Shown here piece after piece: positions 16,280-25,738 of a stretch of 53,860 bases of DNA (position 1 is the stretch's first letter; each line of letters begins with the position of its first letter). The stretch covers positions 1 through 53,860 of the forward strand of contig JADFCW010000004.1 of assembly GCA_017161705.1 (NCBI GenBank), given 5' to 3'. The notes under the pieces are model-generated. The model ran no database searches. It was not told the DNA's origin and saw nothing but the letters and a program-made list of their open reading frames with translations. A program made the translations under genes and the position numbers. Source of the stretch: Candidatus Sumerlaeota bacterium. Lineage in GTDB: Bacteria > Sumerlaeota > Sumerlaeia > JADFCW01.

Positions 16280-17886
16280 CAAAAGACGTGCTCCTGTTTG
16301 ACACCACATTGCGCGACGGCGAACAGGCCGAAGGCGTATCTTTTTCGCTCGAAGACAAATTTCGCATCGCCTACCGGCTCGATGAATTCGGCATTGACTA
16401 TATCGAGGGGGGCTGGCCGGGGTCCAATCCCAAGGCGGTCGAGTTTTTCGATCAAATAGACCGGCGCCGACTCAAGTACGCCAAGCTGGTGGCGTTCGGC
16501 AGCACGCGCCGCAAGAGGATCAAGCCGGACGCCGACGAGAATCTCCGCGCGCTCATTCAGAGCCAGACGCCGGCCGTGGCCATATTCGGCAAGAGCTGGG
16601 ATTTGCATGTGCGCGAGGCCCTTCAGGCTTCGCTGGAAGAGAACCTCGAAATGATCCGCGATTCCGTGCGGTTCCTCCACGACGCCGGCCGCGAGGTCAT
16701 TTACGATGCCGAGCATTTTTTTGACGGTTACAAGAACAACCCCGACTACGCGCTGAAAACCATCGTTGCCGCTGCGGAAGCCGGCGCCGCCTGTATTGTG
16801 CTTTGCGATACCAACGGCGGGACGCTTACGACGGAAATCGCCCCCATCATCGAGGCCGCACGTCGCGCCGTCAACATCCCGATTGGCATCCATTGCCACA
16901 ACGACTCGGGCGTGGCCGTGGCCAATACGCTGGTGGCCGTGCAATACGGCGCGGTTCATGTGCAAGGCACGATCAATGGCTACGGCGAGCGGTGCGGCAA
17001 TGCGGATCTGATCCCGATCATTGCCGGGTTGGAGCTCAAGATGGGCAAGAAGTGCCTGCCGGAAGGCAAGCTCCAGTCGCTGACCAGCCTGGCGCATTTT
17101 GTGGCGGAGATCGGCAACTTTATTCCCGATCCGCGCCAGCCTTATGTGGGGCGCAGCGTTTTTGCGCACAAGGGCGGCGTGCATGTGAGCGCCATGCGAC
17201 GTCATAACAAGACGTATGAACACATAGACCCGAAGGCTGTCGGCAACAGCACCCGGATTCTGGTGTCCGAATTGTCCGGCCAAAGCAACATTATATCAAA
17301 GGCCGAGCAGTTGGGCCTCGACGTCAAGGAGATCAATGAAAAGATCAAGCCCATCCTGAACAAAATTAAAGAGTTGGAGAATCAAGGGTATGAGTATGAG
17401 GCAGCCGAGGGGTCGTTCGAGGTTTTGGCTCTCAAGGAGCTCGGGCGTCATAAGACTTTTTTCGATCTGGAAGGCTTCCGCGTGATCATCGAAAAGCGCG
17501 GCCCGTCCGACCGGTGCTATGCCGAGGCGACCGTGAAGTTGGATATCGCCGGCGAGCGGAGCTTGACGGCCGCGGAGGCCGTCGGCCCGGTGAATGCATT
17601 GGATCAAGCCCTGCGCAAAGCCTTGCGAGACAAATATCCGCAACTGTCCTCGGTCCATTTGCAGGATTTCAAGGTGCGCGTACTCGATGCCCAAAAGGGC
17701 ACGGCCGCCAAGGTCCGCGTTCTCATCAACTCGACTGACGGCGAGGACGAGTGGGCTACCGTTGGGGTCTCCGAAAATATTATCGAGGCCAGCTGGCAAG
17801 CGCTGGTTGACAGCATCGAGTATAAGCTCCTGCGGGATGAGCGTCGTGGGAAAAAGCCGCACCCAAAAGGCGGCGCGAAAGCGTAG
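16276..17886 (+). CDS. cimA: (R)-citramalate synthase (LeuA/CimA family)
   Basis: Start at ATG 16276 (MTKDVLLFDTTLRDGEQ), overlapping the nrdR stop as ATGA. Contains GIHCHNDSGVAVANT and a C-terminal LeuA-dimer-like regulatory domain. Overall it closely resembles the Geobacter-type CimA that I recall. Confidence 0.85.
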   Translation: MTKDVLLFDTTLRDGEQAEGVSFSLEDKFRIAYRLDEFGIDYIEGGWPGSNPKAVEFFDQIDRRRLKYAKLVAFGSTRRKRIKPDADENLRALIQSQTPAVAIFGKSWDLHVREALQASLEENLEMIRDSVRFLHDAGREVIYDAEHFFDGYKNNPDYALKTIVAAAEAGAACIVLCDTNGGTLTTEIAPIIEAARRAVNIPIGIHCHNDSGVAVANTLVAVQYGAVHVQGTINGYGERCGNADLIPIIAGLELKMGKKCLPEGKLQSLTSLAHFVAEIGNFIPDPRQPYVGRSVFAHKGGVHVSAMRRHNKTYEHIDPKAVGNSTRILVSELSGQSNIISKAEQLGLDVKEINEKIKPILNKIKELENQGYEYEAAEGSFEVLALKELGRHKTFFDLEGFRVIIEKRGPSDRCYAEATVKLDIAGERSLTAAEAVGPVNALDQALRKALRDKYPQLSSVHLQDFKVRVLDAQKGTAAKVRVLINSTDGEDEWATVGVSENIIEASWQALVDSIEYKLLRDERRGKKPHPKGGAKA

Positions 17887-17948
17887 GGGCAACCGCAGCC
17901 AATAAGCGTAAAGATTCCAAAGCCCAAGATCTGTTGTTTTGCGTTGCA

Positions 17949-17983
17949 GGGGCCGCACTATCATCTTGACGCGCGGCCCTTTT
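17949..17983 (+). terminator. Candidate rho-independent terminator after cimA
   Basis: GGGCCGC-(16-nt loop)-GCGGCCC followed by TTTT. The loop is long and the T-run short, so this is only moderate. Confidence 0.4.
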
Positions 17984-18039
17984 CCAAATACACCATTCCG
18001 GCTTTTTGACAATTGCGCCCAAAATGAGCGGAATTCCTT

Positions 18040-19848
18040 ATGAGTGATAATACAAAAACCGACCTTCGGTCTCAACCGCGCTCGTGCTACTGCGGCGAGG
18101 TGCGGCGATCCCATATCGGCCAGCGTCTCGTGCTGAAAGGCTGGATCCACCGTCGGCGCGATCACGGCGGGTTGATTTTTATTGACTTGCGCGACCGCGA
18201 GGGCCTCTGCCAGATTGTTCTCAATCCTCAGGAGATGAACCCCGAGAAATTTGAGCAGGCTCATCGCCTGCGCGATGAGTGGGTGCTGGCCATCGAAGGC
18301 GTGGTGCGCGAGCGCCCGGAAGGAACCGTCAATCCGAATCTTCCGACCGGCGAGATCGAGGTCGTTGCCGACCGGTTTGAGATTCTGAACGTCTCCGAGC
18401 CCCCGCCGTTCAAGTTGGATGAGTACGCTTCCGTCAATGAAATGGTGCGGCTGAAATACCGCTACCTGGACTTGCGGCGGCCGGAAATGCAGCGCATCAT
18501 TCGGGGGCGCGCCAGGTTTGTCAGCATTGTCCGCCGGTATTTCGACAGCATTGGTTTTGTCGAGGTAGAAACGCCGATCCTGACCAAGAGCACGCCGGAA
18601 GGGGCGCGAGACTTTTTGGTGCCCAGCCGGATGAATCCTGGATGCTTTTACGCGCTTCCGCAATCGCCGCAGCTGTTCAAACAGATTCTCATGGTTGCCG
18701 GCTACGACAAATACTACCAGATTGCGCGGTGCTTTCGAGACGAGGACCTTCGCGCCAACCGACAGCCCGAGTTCACCCAGATTGACGTCGAGATGTCCTT
18801 CATCACGCGCGACGATATCATGCGTGTGATGGAAGGCATGATTGTGACGATCTACCGCGAGCTGCAGGGGCGCGAAGTCCCTGTCCCTTTTCCCCGCTAC
18901 TCTTACAGCGATGTGATGCTGCGGTACGGCATAGACAAGCCCGACCTTCGTTTCGGTTTGGAGATCGTTGATCTGACGGACACCATCGGCGAGGGGTGCA
19001 GTTTTCAGGTATTCCGCAAAGTCATCGAGAGCCGCGGCGCGATTCGGGGTTTTTGTCTTCCCGGCGGAGCCGCTTTCAGCCGCAAGCAGTTGGACGATCT
19101 GGAGAAATTCGCCCGGGAGCAGGGGGCAGGCGGTCTGGCGTGGTTCAAAGCCGGCGACGACGGCGTTCAATCGCCGGTGGCGAAGTTTTTTGAGCCGCCG
19201 GCACTCGATCGCCTGCGCCAGAAAGCAGGTCTGGGCGAGGGCGCGCTTCTTCTGGTGGTCGCCGACAAAGAGGAGGTCGTTTGCAACACGCTGGCCCAGC
19301 TGCGGTTGAAGCTGGGGCGCGAAGCGGGATTGATTGACAGCAACAAGCTGGCCTTTGCGTGGATCACCGATTTCCCGCTGTTCTTTTACAATACAACCGA
19401 GAAGCGTTGGGACCCCGCCCATCATCCGTTCACGGCCCCCATGCCCGAAGACCTCCCGCTTCTGGAAAGCGACCCCGGGCGCGTTCGATCGCTGGCCTAC
19501 GATATGGTGCTGAACGGCGAGGAGATCGGCGGCGGGAGCATCCGTATTCACGACCGCGAGACCCAGCGGAAGGTGTTCCGCACCATCGGAATCAGCGACG
19601 AAGAGGCTGCGATCAAGTTCTCGTTCCTGCTGGAAGCGTTGTCCTACGGCGCCCCGCCCCACGGGGGCATCGCCATGGGCGTCGAGCGTATGGTGATGTC
19701 GCTGTTCGGGGTTGACTCCATCCGCGAGGTTATTGCATTTCCCAAGACGCAGAGCGGAACGTGCGTCATGAGCGGAGCCCCTACGCCGGTGTCGGAGGCG
19801 CAGCTGAAGGAACTGTTTATTCGGACGATCGAGCCGATCAAAGTGTAA
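18040..19848 (+). CDS. aspS: Aspartyl-tRNA synthetase (bacterial type)
   Basis: 602 aa. Class II motifs FRDEDLRANRQPEFTQ, GGGSIRIH and GIAMGVERM. The bacterial insertion domain is present. Confidence 0.95.
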   Translation: MSDNTKTDLRSQPRSCYCGEVRRSHIGQRLVLKGWIHRRRDHGGLIFIDLRDREGLCQIVLNPQEMNPEKFEQAHRLRDEWVLAIEGVVRERPEGTVNPNLPTGEIEVVADRFEILNVSEPPPFKLDEYASVNEMVRLKYRYLDLRRPEMQRIIRGRARFVSIVRRYFDSIGFVEVETPILTKSTPEGARDFLVPSRMNPGCFYALPQSPQLFKQILMVAGYDKYYQIARCFRDEDLRANRQPEFTQIDVEMSFITRDDIMRVMEGMIVTIYRELQGREVPVPFPRYSYSDVMLRYGIDKPDLRFGLEIVDLTDTIGEGCSFQVFRKVIESRGAIRGFCLPGGAAFSRKQLDDLEKFAREQGAGGLAWFKAGDDGVQSPVAKFFEPPALDRLRQKAGLGEGALLLVVADKEEVVCNTLAQLRLKLGREAGLIDSNKLAFAWITDFPLFFYNTTEKRWDPAHHPFTAPMPEDLPLLESDPGRVRSLAYDMVLNGEEIGGGSIRIHDRETQRKVFRTIGISDEEAAIKFSFLLEALSYGAPPHGGIAMGVERMVMSLFGVDSIREVIAFPKTQSGTCVMSGAPTPVSEAQLKELFIRTIEPIKV

Positions 19849-19961
19849 GGCGGACTCAGGATGCTTGAGCCAGGACGCTCGCCTGACGAATACAACGAGC
19901 TTCGTGTGAGGAAGGGAAAATTCGGCTGGAAAGATAATCAGTACTCTATATGGAGGAAACA

Positions 19962-20276
19962 ATGTTTGCAATTGTAGAAACCGGCGGCAAGCAATACCGG
20001 ATCGAGCCGGGCGACGTTGTGCGCGTGGAGCGCCTGGAGGGCGAGGAAGGCAGCCAGGTCACTCTGGACTCGGTTCTTGCTGCACAAACCGACGCGGGGT
20101 TTCAGGTGGGCCGCCCCAAGCTCGAAGGCGCAAAGGTCGTGGGAACCATCCTAAAACAGGGGCGCGACAAAAAGATTCTTATTTACAAGTATAAGCGTCG
20201 AAAAGGCTACCGCCGTACGAAGGGGCATCGGCAGGAGTTCACCGATTTGCGGATTGATCAGATTGCTCTGAGCTAA
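19962..20276 (+). CDS. rplU: 50S ribosomal protein L21
   Basis: [18 protein letters not shown]... GGAGGA lies upstream of ATG 19962. The track ORF starts 4 codons earlier. Confidence 0.93.
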   Translation: MFAIVETGGKQYRIEPGDVVRVERLEGEEGSQVTLDSVLAAQTDAGFQVGRPKLEGAKVVGTILKQGRDKKILIYKYKRRKGYRRTKGHRQEFTDLRIDQIALS

Positions 20277-20350
20277 AACAGGTCTATTCTTCGGATTTAT
20301 CGGACCCGCAAGGTCCGAGGGATCCGTCGGTTTACGTGGAGGAAGCACCC

Positions 20351-20608
20351 ATGGCACACAAAAAGGGCGTAGGCAGTTCACGAAACGGCCGCGACAGCCA
20401 TTCCCAGCGGCTGGGCGTCAAAGCGTTCGGCAGCCAGCTGGTCAAGGCGGGCGCAATTCTGGTTCGCCAGCGCGGAACGCGTTTTTGTCCCGGCGTCAAT
20501 GTCGGCATCGGCCGCGACAATACCTTGTATGCCAAAGCAGACGGCTTTGTGGAGTTCATTCCGCGCGGCGGAGACAAGCGTGTGGTGAATGTCCGCCCCG
20601 CCGCCTGA
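20351..20608 (+). CDS. rpmA: 50S ribosomal protein L27
   Basis: [24 protein letters not shown]... GGAGGA lies 7 nt upstream of ATG 20351. Confidence 0.93.
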   Translation: MAHKKGVGSSRNGRDSHSQRLGVKAFGSQLVKAGAILVRQRGTRFCPGVNVGIGRDNTLYAKADGFVEFIPRGGDKRVVNVRPAA

Positions 20609-20625
20609 TCCTGTGCAGTCCCGCA

Positions 20626-22431
20626 CTACTCGTTCCCCAAAAGCCACTGGTCGAATCCCAAAGGATTCCGGGGCGGAGTCACAGCAATCTCGCCTTTGGC
20701 TTTAGCCATAACATCGGCACTTTGGCGGGCCATGGCGACGGCGGAATCCGATGCGGCAAGAATGGTGGGCGTGAGGACAAAGACGATCTGCGTTTCGCGC
20801 TGCGCGCCGGTTTCCCCTCCAAACAGATAGCCCAGTACGGGAATTTTCCCCAGAATCGGCATTCGGGCATTCGTGTTGATCCGCGTCATGCGCGACAGGC
20901 CGCTCAGCACAATCGGCTTGCCGTTAAACGCCGTTACCTGCGCCGAAATCGTCCGCTGAGCCAGAATTGGAAGACCGTCGGGCCCGACGCCGGCCACACT
21001 TGATGCCCCAGCCTGAATCTCCAACTCGCACGCTTCGAGCGCCACGTGCGGGATCACCTCGAGGAACAGGCCAACCTTGCCGCGCAGACTGTAACGGAGC
21101 GTGCGGTTGTGCACTGCGGTATCAACCTCGATTTGCGTATCGTCATAGGTAAAAGATGGATTGCCGTCATTGTCGCGGATGGCGCGGGATGTGACCCCGT
21201 CTACAAGCAGCATGCCTGTGGTTGTGGCCAGCCGAGTTGGCCGCGCACCCAAGCCGGCGTCTACGCCCGGATCATTAGGATTGATTTCAAAACCCGCGAT
21301 GTCATCCACGGCCTCAAAGCGCGCGGGCGTTGTGCCGGCATTGCGCCCCTGCCCGCTGGTGGCCAGCAGTTGGGTTGCCGCCAGAGTCTTTGCGCGCCCT
21401 TTCGAAACCAGGAAGTCCAGATAGGCCGAGGTCAGAAGATAGTTGGCGAACGCACTGTATTGTTCGGTGGTGAACTCACGCGTCAGATGCAGATCGCGCG
21501 GTCCGGGATTGACCACGCGGGGAAAAACGGGGTTGTAAATGGACGAAACGTTGGTGAACCGCTCACGGTTTTCCATGCCCGCAGCGATGAATTCCGCCAG
21601 GTTGCGTCCGGCACCGTTCTTCCAGGCGATGTAGTCCAGCCCCAGCTTCATATCGTTCGTCACGTCTACCTCATAGATTTTCAGATCGAGCAGGACCTGA
21701 TTGACGGGAATGTCCACGGCCGGTGCGCCCTCGTGGACATACTCGCGAATGCGATAGGGCTGGTCCCAGCGTAGGACCGCGTTGCGGGCGAGGTCTACGT
21801 GACTTTCGCCGCGGCCACCCCAAATGGATGCGATACGGTCTACGGCGCGAACGTCCCGAAATCTGGCCACATAGTAGGTCGAGGAAGCACCGTCGTCCAT
21901 GGCGCGCACCCAGGGGTGGTCGAGAGCGGCAATGGCGGCGCGCAAATGGGGCAGCTGGAATTCGGGACAAATGACTTGGACAAAATACTCTTTGCTTTTT
22001 TTGTCGCGAATAATCTCCGCACGGCCGCCCTCAGCAGCGCAGATATCGCGCACCACATTGCGGATTTCCCGCACGCGCACATTGCGGCACGGAATGGCCT
22101 CGGTCACGTAGTCATGGATCAGGTTCTTCTGGTTGACCCGCAGCACTTTGACCACTCCGCTGTCGGGGGCGATGTTGATTTGTTCGTCCTGGAATGTGTA
22201 GTCGTCGAGGTTGCTTTCGAGCGCGGTAGGGCTAGGGTCGCCGAAGCGGGAATTGACGCCGGAGCTCTCGTTGAATTGCGCGGCCGGACACAACGGCGCA
22301 ACGAAGGCGAGAAGGGCGGCCCCGAGCCAGGAGGCCCATTTGCTCGTATGCACTACATCCGCGCTCGAAACGTTTCCTTGTCGGGGGCCTGGACGGGATG
22401 AAAAGCCTGAAAAGAATTTCTGGTTTTTCAT
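20626..22431 (-). CDS. Secretin family outer-membrane channel protein (paralog B)
   Basis: I place the start at ATG 22431 (MKNQKFFSG..., signal-like WLGAALLAFVAPLCPAA), with AAGGAG 9 nt upstream. The C-terminal secretin domain reads LEVIPHV...GKPIVLSGLSR...RMPILGKIPVLGYLFGG...QIVFVLTPTIL. One secretin-N-like domain is present. The tail ends in GFDQWLLGNE. Confidence 0.8.
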   Translation of the reverse strand: MKNQKFFSGFSSRPGPRQGNVSSADVVHTSKWASWLGAALLAFVAPLCPAAQFNESSGVNSRFGDPSPTALESNLDDYTFQDEQINIAPDSGVVKVLRVNQKNLIHDYVTEAIPCRNVRVREIRNVVRDICAAEGGRAEIIRDKKSKEYFVQVICPEFQLPHLRAAIAALDHPWVRAMDDGASSTYYVARFRDVRAVDRIASIWGGRGESHVDLARNAVLRWDQPYRIREYVHEGAPAVDIPVNQVLLDLKIYEVDVTNDMKLGLDYIAWKNGAGRNLAEFIAAGMENRERFTNVSSIYNPVFPRVVNPGPRDLHLTREFTTEQYSAFANYLLTSAYLDFLVSKGRAKTLAATQLLATSGQGRNAGTTPARFEAVDDIAGFEINPNDPGVDAGLGARPTRLATTTGMLLVDGVTSRAIRDNDGNPSFTYDDTQIEVDTAVHNRTLRYSLRGKVGLFLEVIPHVALEACELEIQAGASSVAGVGPDGLPILAQRTISAQVTAFNGKPIVLSGLSRMTRINTNARMPILGKIPVLGYLFGGETGAQRETQIVFVLTPTILAASDSAVAMARQSADVMAKAKGEIAVTPPRNPLGFDQWLLGNE

Positions 22432-22474
22432 AGCCGGGGTCTCCTTATAGATTGGGCGATGCCGCATTCGTCTT

Positions 22475-24142
22475 TCATTTTGTTCCATCCACTAACCATT
22501 GATCAAAGCCTGCTTGTGGCGGCGGCAGCGGTGTTTGGGCGTTGCCGGCGACCTGCTCGATCAGGCGGGCGGCCTCGGGAGTAAGGCCGTCGGGCTGTCG
22601 GGCGGCGCGGATCACTGTGACCACCATTGTCTTTTTGACGCTGCTGATTTCATGACCAAATGCCCAGCCGATCCCCGGCAGCGAGCCAAGGACGGGCATT
22701 TTGCGGACGGATTGCAATCGGGTGGTGCGCTCGATTCCGCCGAAGACCAGTTCCTCGCCGTCGCGAACGCGCACGTCGGTCTCGACCCGACGGGCGCTGA
22801 TGCGGGGCGCGCCCGTTCCATCAAAGCCCAGGAGACTGGAGACTTCGAGGCGGAGTTTGAGCAGCAAGGTTTCGGCGGCAATGCGGGGCGTAACTTGCAG
22901 GAGCGTTCCGACGTCCACGGCGGCGAGGGTTCGCTGGTTGACTGTCGTGCCGCCGGCGGACAAAGGGGTTATCTGCCCGACCAGAGTGCGATTGTCGGGA
23001 AACGTCAGGTCGTCGCCGTAAGGATCGAGGACAAGTCCGGGCGGCCGGGCACCAGCGCGCGCTGCGGGTCCTGTCACTGTCCGATAGTAGAGCACTTCAT
23101 CCTGGGCCCGGAATTCAGCCGGCACGGTGAGCGCCGGACGGTCCGTCTCGGGAAGGAAAACTCCCTGTCCGAATGCATTCAGCCCGGTTTTGTATGTTGT
23201 TGGGATTTTGCTAAGCACGCTGCCAGCGGTGACTACGCGCCCCATGCCTTTGGTGATCAGGAAATCAAAATAGGCGGAGGGAATATCGAGAAAATAGGCG
23301 CCGTTGGTCCCGCGGTTGCGGAAGCGGTTTTCCGGCAGACCGAATGTGTTTACGCCGCTCTGAAACAGAGGCACGCCGCCGCGAAGTTCTTCCGTGCGTT
23401 CATATTCGGCAAAGGCACCGACGGCAAAGAGATTGCGTCCCGGTCCGTTTTTCCACGCATAGTAGTCAAAACCGATTGCTCCGTCGTTATTGAGGTCCAG
23501 CTCATAGACTGTTGCGGTGATGAGGACCTGAAGGGCGGGAACATCGAGGGCGCGGAGAGTTTGTTCTGCGCGCTCGGCCTCGCTCTCCGATCCCTCGACG
23601 AAGACCGCATTGGTTTCCAAGTCGCAGAGCAGCAAGGTGTCGGCGGCGCGGGTGCCGCTGGGCGGGGCAGTGGATGTGTGGTTGGCCTCTCCCCAAATAG
23701 CCCCGAGCAATCCAACATCGTCGGCCGCGCGATACTTCAGCTGCAAATATCTTCGGTCATCATCCCCCGATGTGGTCAACTCTGGCCGGTCAATCACCGC
23801 CATTAGCTTGTCCAGCGAGGGAATGACATGTTCGGGGACAACGACCAGAGCCAGACCGCTCTTGCCGTCGGGTGCGGCGAACGTGGCAAAACGTCCTTCT
23901 TCCAATTCGATCAGCCGACGATAGAAACGCACAACATCGAAGGGATTGATGTTTTTGAACTCATAGACCTTGGGGATATACCGGTTGGTCTGCGCTTTGT
24001 TGGTCGTGCGCAGGACCTTGACCAGGTGTTCGGGGGTTTTGGATGAGGCAGTTGGAGATGTTTGGAGAGTTGCGGGTTCCACAGCCCATAGCCCTGTCCA
24101 AGCCATTATTGTTACAAACAGCACCAGGGAAAACCATCGCAT
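22475..24142 (-). CDS. Secretin family outer-membrane channel protein (paralog A)
   Basis: I place the start at ATG 24142 (MRWFSLVLFVTIMAWTGLWA, a signal peptide), with AAAGGAG 9 nt upstream. The secretin domain reads LQVTPRI...GEELVFGGIER...KMPVLGSLPGIGWAFG...MVVTVI. It shares with paralog B the blocks DY.AWKNG.GRNL and Y.DFL..KG. The tail ends in GFDQWLVDGTK. Confidence 0.8.
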   Translation of the reverse strand: MRWFSLVLFVTIMAWTGLWAVEPATLQTSPTASSKTPEHLVKVLRTTNKAQTNRYIPKVYEFKNINPFDVVRFYRRLIELEEGRFATFAAPDGKSGLALVVVPEHVIPSLDKLMAVIDRPELTTSGDDDRRYLQLKYRAADDVGLLGAIWGEANHTSTAPPSGTRAADTLLLCDLETNAVFVEGSESEAERAEQTLRALDVPALQVLITATVYELDLNNDGAIGFDYYAWKNGPGRNLFAVGAFAEYERTEELRGGVPLFQSGVNTFGLPENRFRNRGTNGAYFLDIPSAYFDFLITKGMGRVVTAGSVLSKIPTTYKTGLNAFGQGVFLPETDRPALTVPAEFRAQDEVLYYRTVTGPAARAGARPPGLVLDPYGDDLTFPDNRTLVGQITPLSAGGTTVNQRTLAAVDVGTLLQVTPRIAAETLLLKLRLEVSSLLGFDGTGAPRISARRVETDVRVRDGEELVFGGIERTTRLQSVRKMPVLGSLPGIGWAFGHEISSVKKTMVVTVIRAARQPDGLTPEAARLIEQVAGNAQTPLPPPQAGFDQWLVDGTK

Positions 24143-24576
24143 GTTCGAAAACTCCTTTCTTTGCATTTTGCCGGCGTTATGGTCCCAAACCATGCAACCT
24201 TTCTGGGGGTGCCCGCATAACGAATACAGGATAAAAATATCAACACTTTTTGAAAGCCGAGCAATTATTGTGCCTGTGCCCATGCCTACGGCCATGCAAT
24301 TAGAATTAGCATTATTGGTTAAAACTATGCAGTGCGGCTGCCCGCTTCTAAAGAATAAGCCATCCGAACAACAATCATGGGAGGCCAGCTCTCAAGCAAT
24401 TTTTTTCGAGAACCGATAGAAGGAAAATCGAATGTTTTTTGCAAAAAGCGTAAAAATACGCTTAAGAATTTGCGCGATTGGAGCAAATGTATTGTTTGTT
24501 TTCGTTTAGGATTCAGCTGAGCTGTGGTTAAGATAGAAAAGGAACAGCGCAATGTCCCGGGATCCGTTAAGTTGCG

Positions 24577-25587
24577 CTATGAGTTTCGCAGGCAGGTCAG
24601 TTCGATACCGGCTTCGGCAAAAAGCCGCCGAGTCGTTTGGTCCATTGCATAGGCCTCGCGATAAACCACTCGCGCAATGCCTGCGTTGATGATGGACTTG
24701 GCGCAATAGGAACACGGGCAAAAGGTCGTGTAGAGTGTTGCGCCCTGAATGCTGATGCCGTTGCAGGCGGCCTGCACGATGGCGTTTTCCTCGGCGTGGA
24801 CGCACAAGCATTCATCGAGGCGCGTGCCGGACTCGGCCATTCCCCAGCAGCGGGGACAGCCGCCCTCGTTGCAGTTTTTGATCCCTTTGGGCGTGCCGTT
24901 GTATCCGGTGGAGACAATCTGCCGGTTGCAGACAATGACCGCGCCGACGTGGCGGCTGAGGCAGTTCGAGCGCGAGGCGGCCACGCGTGCGACATTCATG
25001 AAGTATTCATCCCACGAGGGACGGGGCGGCCGGCGGTGAATGAGAATTTCGCGCAGCGCCTTGTCAATGCGGGCGTGAAACGTGTCGAGCGAGCCGTCAT
25101 TGCGCAGAACGAGATCGGCCTCTTCACGGCAGAGGGCCAGTTGCTGGGCGTCGGGGTTTTCATTGGCCATCTGACGTTTTTCGGCAGCCACGAACTGCTC
25201 GAATGTCGGCAGGTTATCGCCCGGCCGCGCCCGGGCCAACGACCGTTCATAGCGAACGCGGCGCGGGGCGTCCACGAACAGGAGAAGGAAATCGCGCCGC
25301 AGCCGCAGCGTGGCCACCTCGGCCGGATGGCGGATGGAGGTCACCACGTAGCGAGAGTAGTCGTTCATGCGCTGGAGGGCGCGGACCGCCAGAATCCCCG
25401 CCCCATAGCGCCGCCGCAATTCATTGCCCACGGCTGTTAGCCGATCGAGCGTCACGTCCTGTCCGCGCGACGCGATCTCCTCGCGGATCATATCCGAGAG
25501 CGAAATGTGGGCAAATCCCTTTTGCATTAGATAGTGGGCCAGAGAATCCTTGCCTGCGCAAAAAAAGCCTGTGACGCCGAGTATCAT
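24577..25587 (-). CDS. Fusion protein: N-terminal P-loop nucleotide kinase-like domain plus C-terminal dCMP (deoxycytidylate) deaminase
   Basis: 336 aa. The P-loop is GVTGFFCAGKDS (dephospho-CoA kinase/dNMP kinase-like). From about aa 188 it matches ComEB-type dCMP deaminase, with Zn motifs CVHAEENAI and PCSYCAKSI. Confidence 0.8.
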   Translation of the reverse strand: MILGVTGFFCAGKDSLAHYLMQKGFAHISLSDMIREEIASRGQDVTLDRLTAVGNELRRRYGAGILAVRALQRMNDYSRYVVTSIRHPAEVATLRLRRDFLLLFVDAPRRVRYERSLARARPGDNLPTFEQFVAAEKRQMANENPDAQQLALCREEADLVLRNDGSLDTFHARIDKALREILIHRRPPRPSWDEYFMNVARVAASRSNCLSRHVGAVIVCNRQIVSTGYNGTPKGIKNCNEGGCPRCWGMAESGTRLDECLCVHAEENAIVQAACNGISIQGATLYTTFCPCSYCAKSIINAGIARVVYREAYAMDQTTRRLFAEAGIELTCLRNS

Positions 25588-25738
25588 GGCGCACCTCGTG
25601 CGATTCGATCGGAGTTGGACTGTCGGAGCGCATCGGGTTCATTCCGGAGTAGTTTCATAATCCGGCAGCGCGGACGGATGCAACGCCTTTCTCGGGAAAC
25701 GGCCGGTCCCATTTGCAGAGGTCGTAGGTTCCGACGGT

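Noticed and set aside
17296-19971. 891-aa minus-strand ORF
   Set aside because: Antisense shadow of aspS and the cimA 3' end. It has no motifs and overlaps two well-supported genes.
24446-24463. Hairpin AAGCGTA-aaaa-TACGCTT as a terminator of the kinase::deaminase gene
   Set aside because: On the minus-strand transcript it is followed by only TTT before G. The stem is 7 bp and AT-rich, which is too weak to call.
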